In this document: positions 63,985-64,000 of the stretch, piece after piece
Layout of the letters: every line of letters begins with the position of its first letter
How positions within the stretch are numbered: position 1 is the stretch's first letter
From: a virus
Taxonomy: Duplodnaviria; Caudoviricetes
IMG/VR virus record: IMGVR_UViG_3300033145_002015
Coordinates: 1 to 64,000 of that record
DNA length: 64,000 nt
Reading direction: 5' to 3' (one strand)
Translations under genes and position numbers: made by a program
Notes under the pieces: model-generated
The model's input: the letters and a program-made list of their open reading frames with translations, nothing else
Databases searched by the model: none
Told to the model about the DNA's origin: nothing

Positions 63985-64000
63985 GAAGTTCTCCCCGCCG

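Overview
This 64-kb window is part of a large tailed-phage (Caudoviricetes) genome. Essentially all credible genes lie on the minus strand. From left to right it contains: head genes (Ser/Thr-repeat protein, decoration-like protein, HK97-fold major capsid, scaffold, XkdF-like protease); an accessory region of small genes with a solo IscB/omegaRNA locus, a three-member paralog family, an overlapping-frame split C5 DNA methyltransferase and an M15 endolysin; a repeat- and promoter-dense early/control region (16.6-29 kb); a terminase-ParB-glycosyltransferase operon; recombination and replication genes (RuvC-like, Cas4-like, RecA, SF2 helicase, SSB, primase, DnaB); portal; UDG-fused PolA; speD; and lysis/tail-fibre genes, one with a DGR-target-like C-terminus. 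I saw no integrase, reverse transcriptase or true CRISPR array. The most striking unexplained signals are non-coding: (i) a 14-bp palindrome CGCAAT(C/T)(A/G)ATTGCG in 10 exact and 3 one-mismatch copies across the window; (ii) 13 copies of a bipartite AGTAATAAC-N~10-TTTT(T)AAC motif built into modular cassettes upstream of early promoters; (iii) a ~170-nt tRNA-like structured element at 23.4-23.5 kb; (iv) iteron-like 54-bp and 37-bp arrays; (v) sigma54-type promoter motifs. All protein assignments are motif recognition by eye, with no database searches.
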